Under the pieces are notes generated by a model. That model made no database searches and had not been told where the DNA came from. It was given only the letters and a program-made list of their open reading frames with translations. Positions 63,441 through 64,000 of a stretch of DNA of 64,000 nucleotides are shown here, one piece after another. The first letter of the stretch is position 1. Each line of letters begins with the position of its first letter. This stretch comes from Octopus sinensis (Eukaryota), in assembly GCF_006345805.1 (NCBI RefSeq), contig NC_043003.1:103230001-103294000 (forward strand), read 5' to 3'. The position numbers and the translations under genes were made by a program.

Positions 63441-64000
63441 AGAATATTGAAATTATAAAACGTCGTCTAGATTACGTAAGTCTAAAATGCTAGTTGCTGA
63501 GATACCGATTTTCTACATTAATAACTCTCCAACGTATGCCAGCGTGGGACATAGATGTTAAATGATATGTTAAAAGAATGTTTTCAACTCATATATGTAT
63601 ATAAAGTAAATACATGTATCAAAGAGCCAGTATCGAAGGAAGCAGAAAAAAGCCGTTAACAACAGAAAAACACAAAATCGTTCCAAAAGTTGATAAGAAA
63701 TTTTTAGGGAAATCAACTAACTGTACGGATTTAATACATACATACATACATACATACATGCATACATACATACATAATACATACATACATACATACATAC
63801 ATACATACATACTACATACATACATACATGTGTGTGTGTGGCCTTCATAATGAATTTTTGTGAAAAAGTATCAAAAACTGCACCTGAGTTTGTTGTATGA
63901 TTGAATGACAAAAATCTCTGTGAAGATGAGTGCCTTGTGTGCAATTATTTTCAGCTTGCAATTACATCTGATTTCCGAACAACCACCTCCGGCTTCATGT

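Noticed and set aside
11759-63944. Many YI/CV/HT/LS/WLVG-repeat ORFs in the ORF track
   Set aside because: Translations of (TA)n, (TG)n, (TATG)n, (TC)n and (TTGG)n microsatellites

Overview
Repeat-saturated, AT-rich animal genomic DNA with no recognisable host gene, rRNA, true tRNA or CRISPR array. The SINE families look like the tRNA-derived SINEs of octopus, so an octopod cephalopod source is inferred but not verified. The window opens with a 5.6 kb (GGT)-based satellite. It then contains microsatellites, four SINE families (called A-D here), and decayed LINEs: R4/Dong-like (6 fragments), RTE and L1/Tx1. It also holds Penelope-like elements (PLEs), non-autonomous Helitrons and DNA-transposon relics (Tc1, mariner, pogo, hAT). 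Nearly all ORFs in the supplied track are microsatellite artefacts or TE fragments. The most interesting signal is a set of minimal type I hammerhead ribozyme motifs, assigned by hand. One lies downstream of a PLE GIY-YIG relic (32.5 kb) and four lie within 1.2 kb at 38.3-39.5 kb. Three of those four sit inside (TA)n-adjacent foldback palindromes, a structure that recurs about seven times in the window. Other notable points: one SINE head carries three different tails, one SINE shares its 3' end with an L1/Tx1 LINE, removing a Helitron restores a PLE reverse transcriptase frame, and a foldback with a telomere-repeat core is nested in a hAT MITE.
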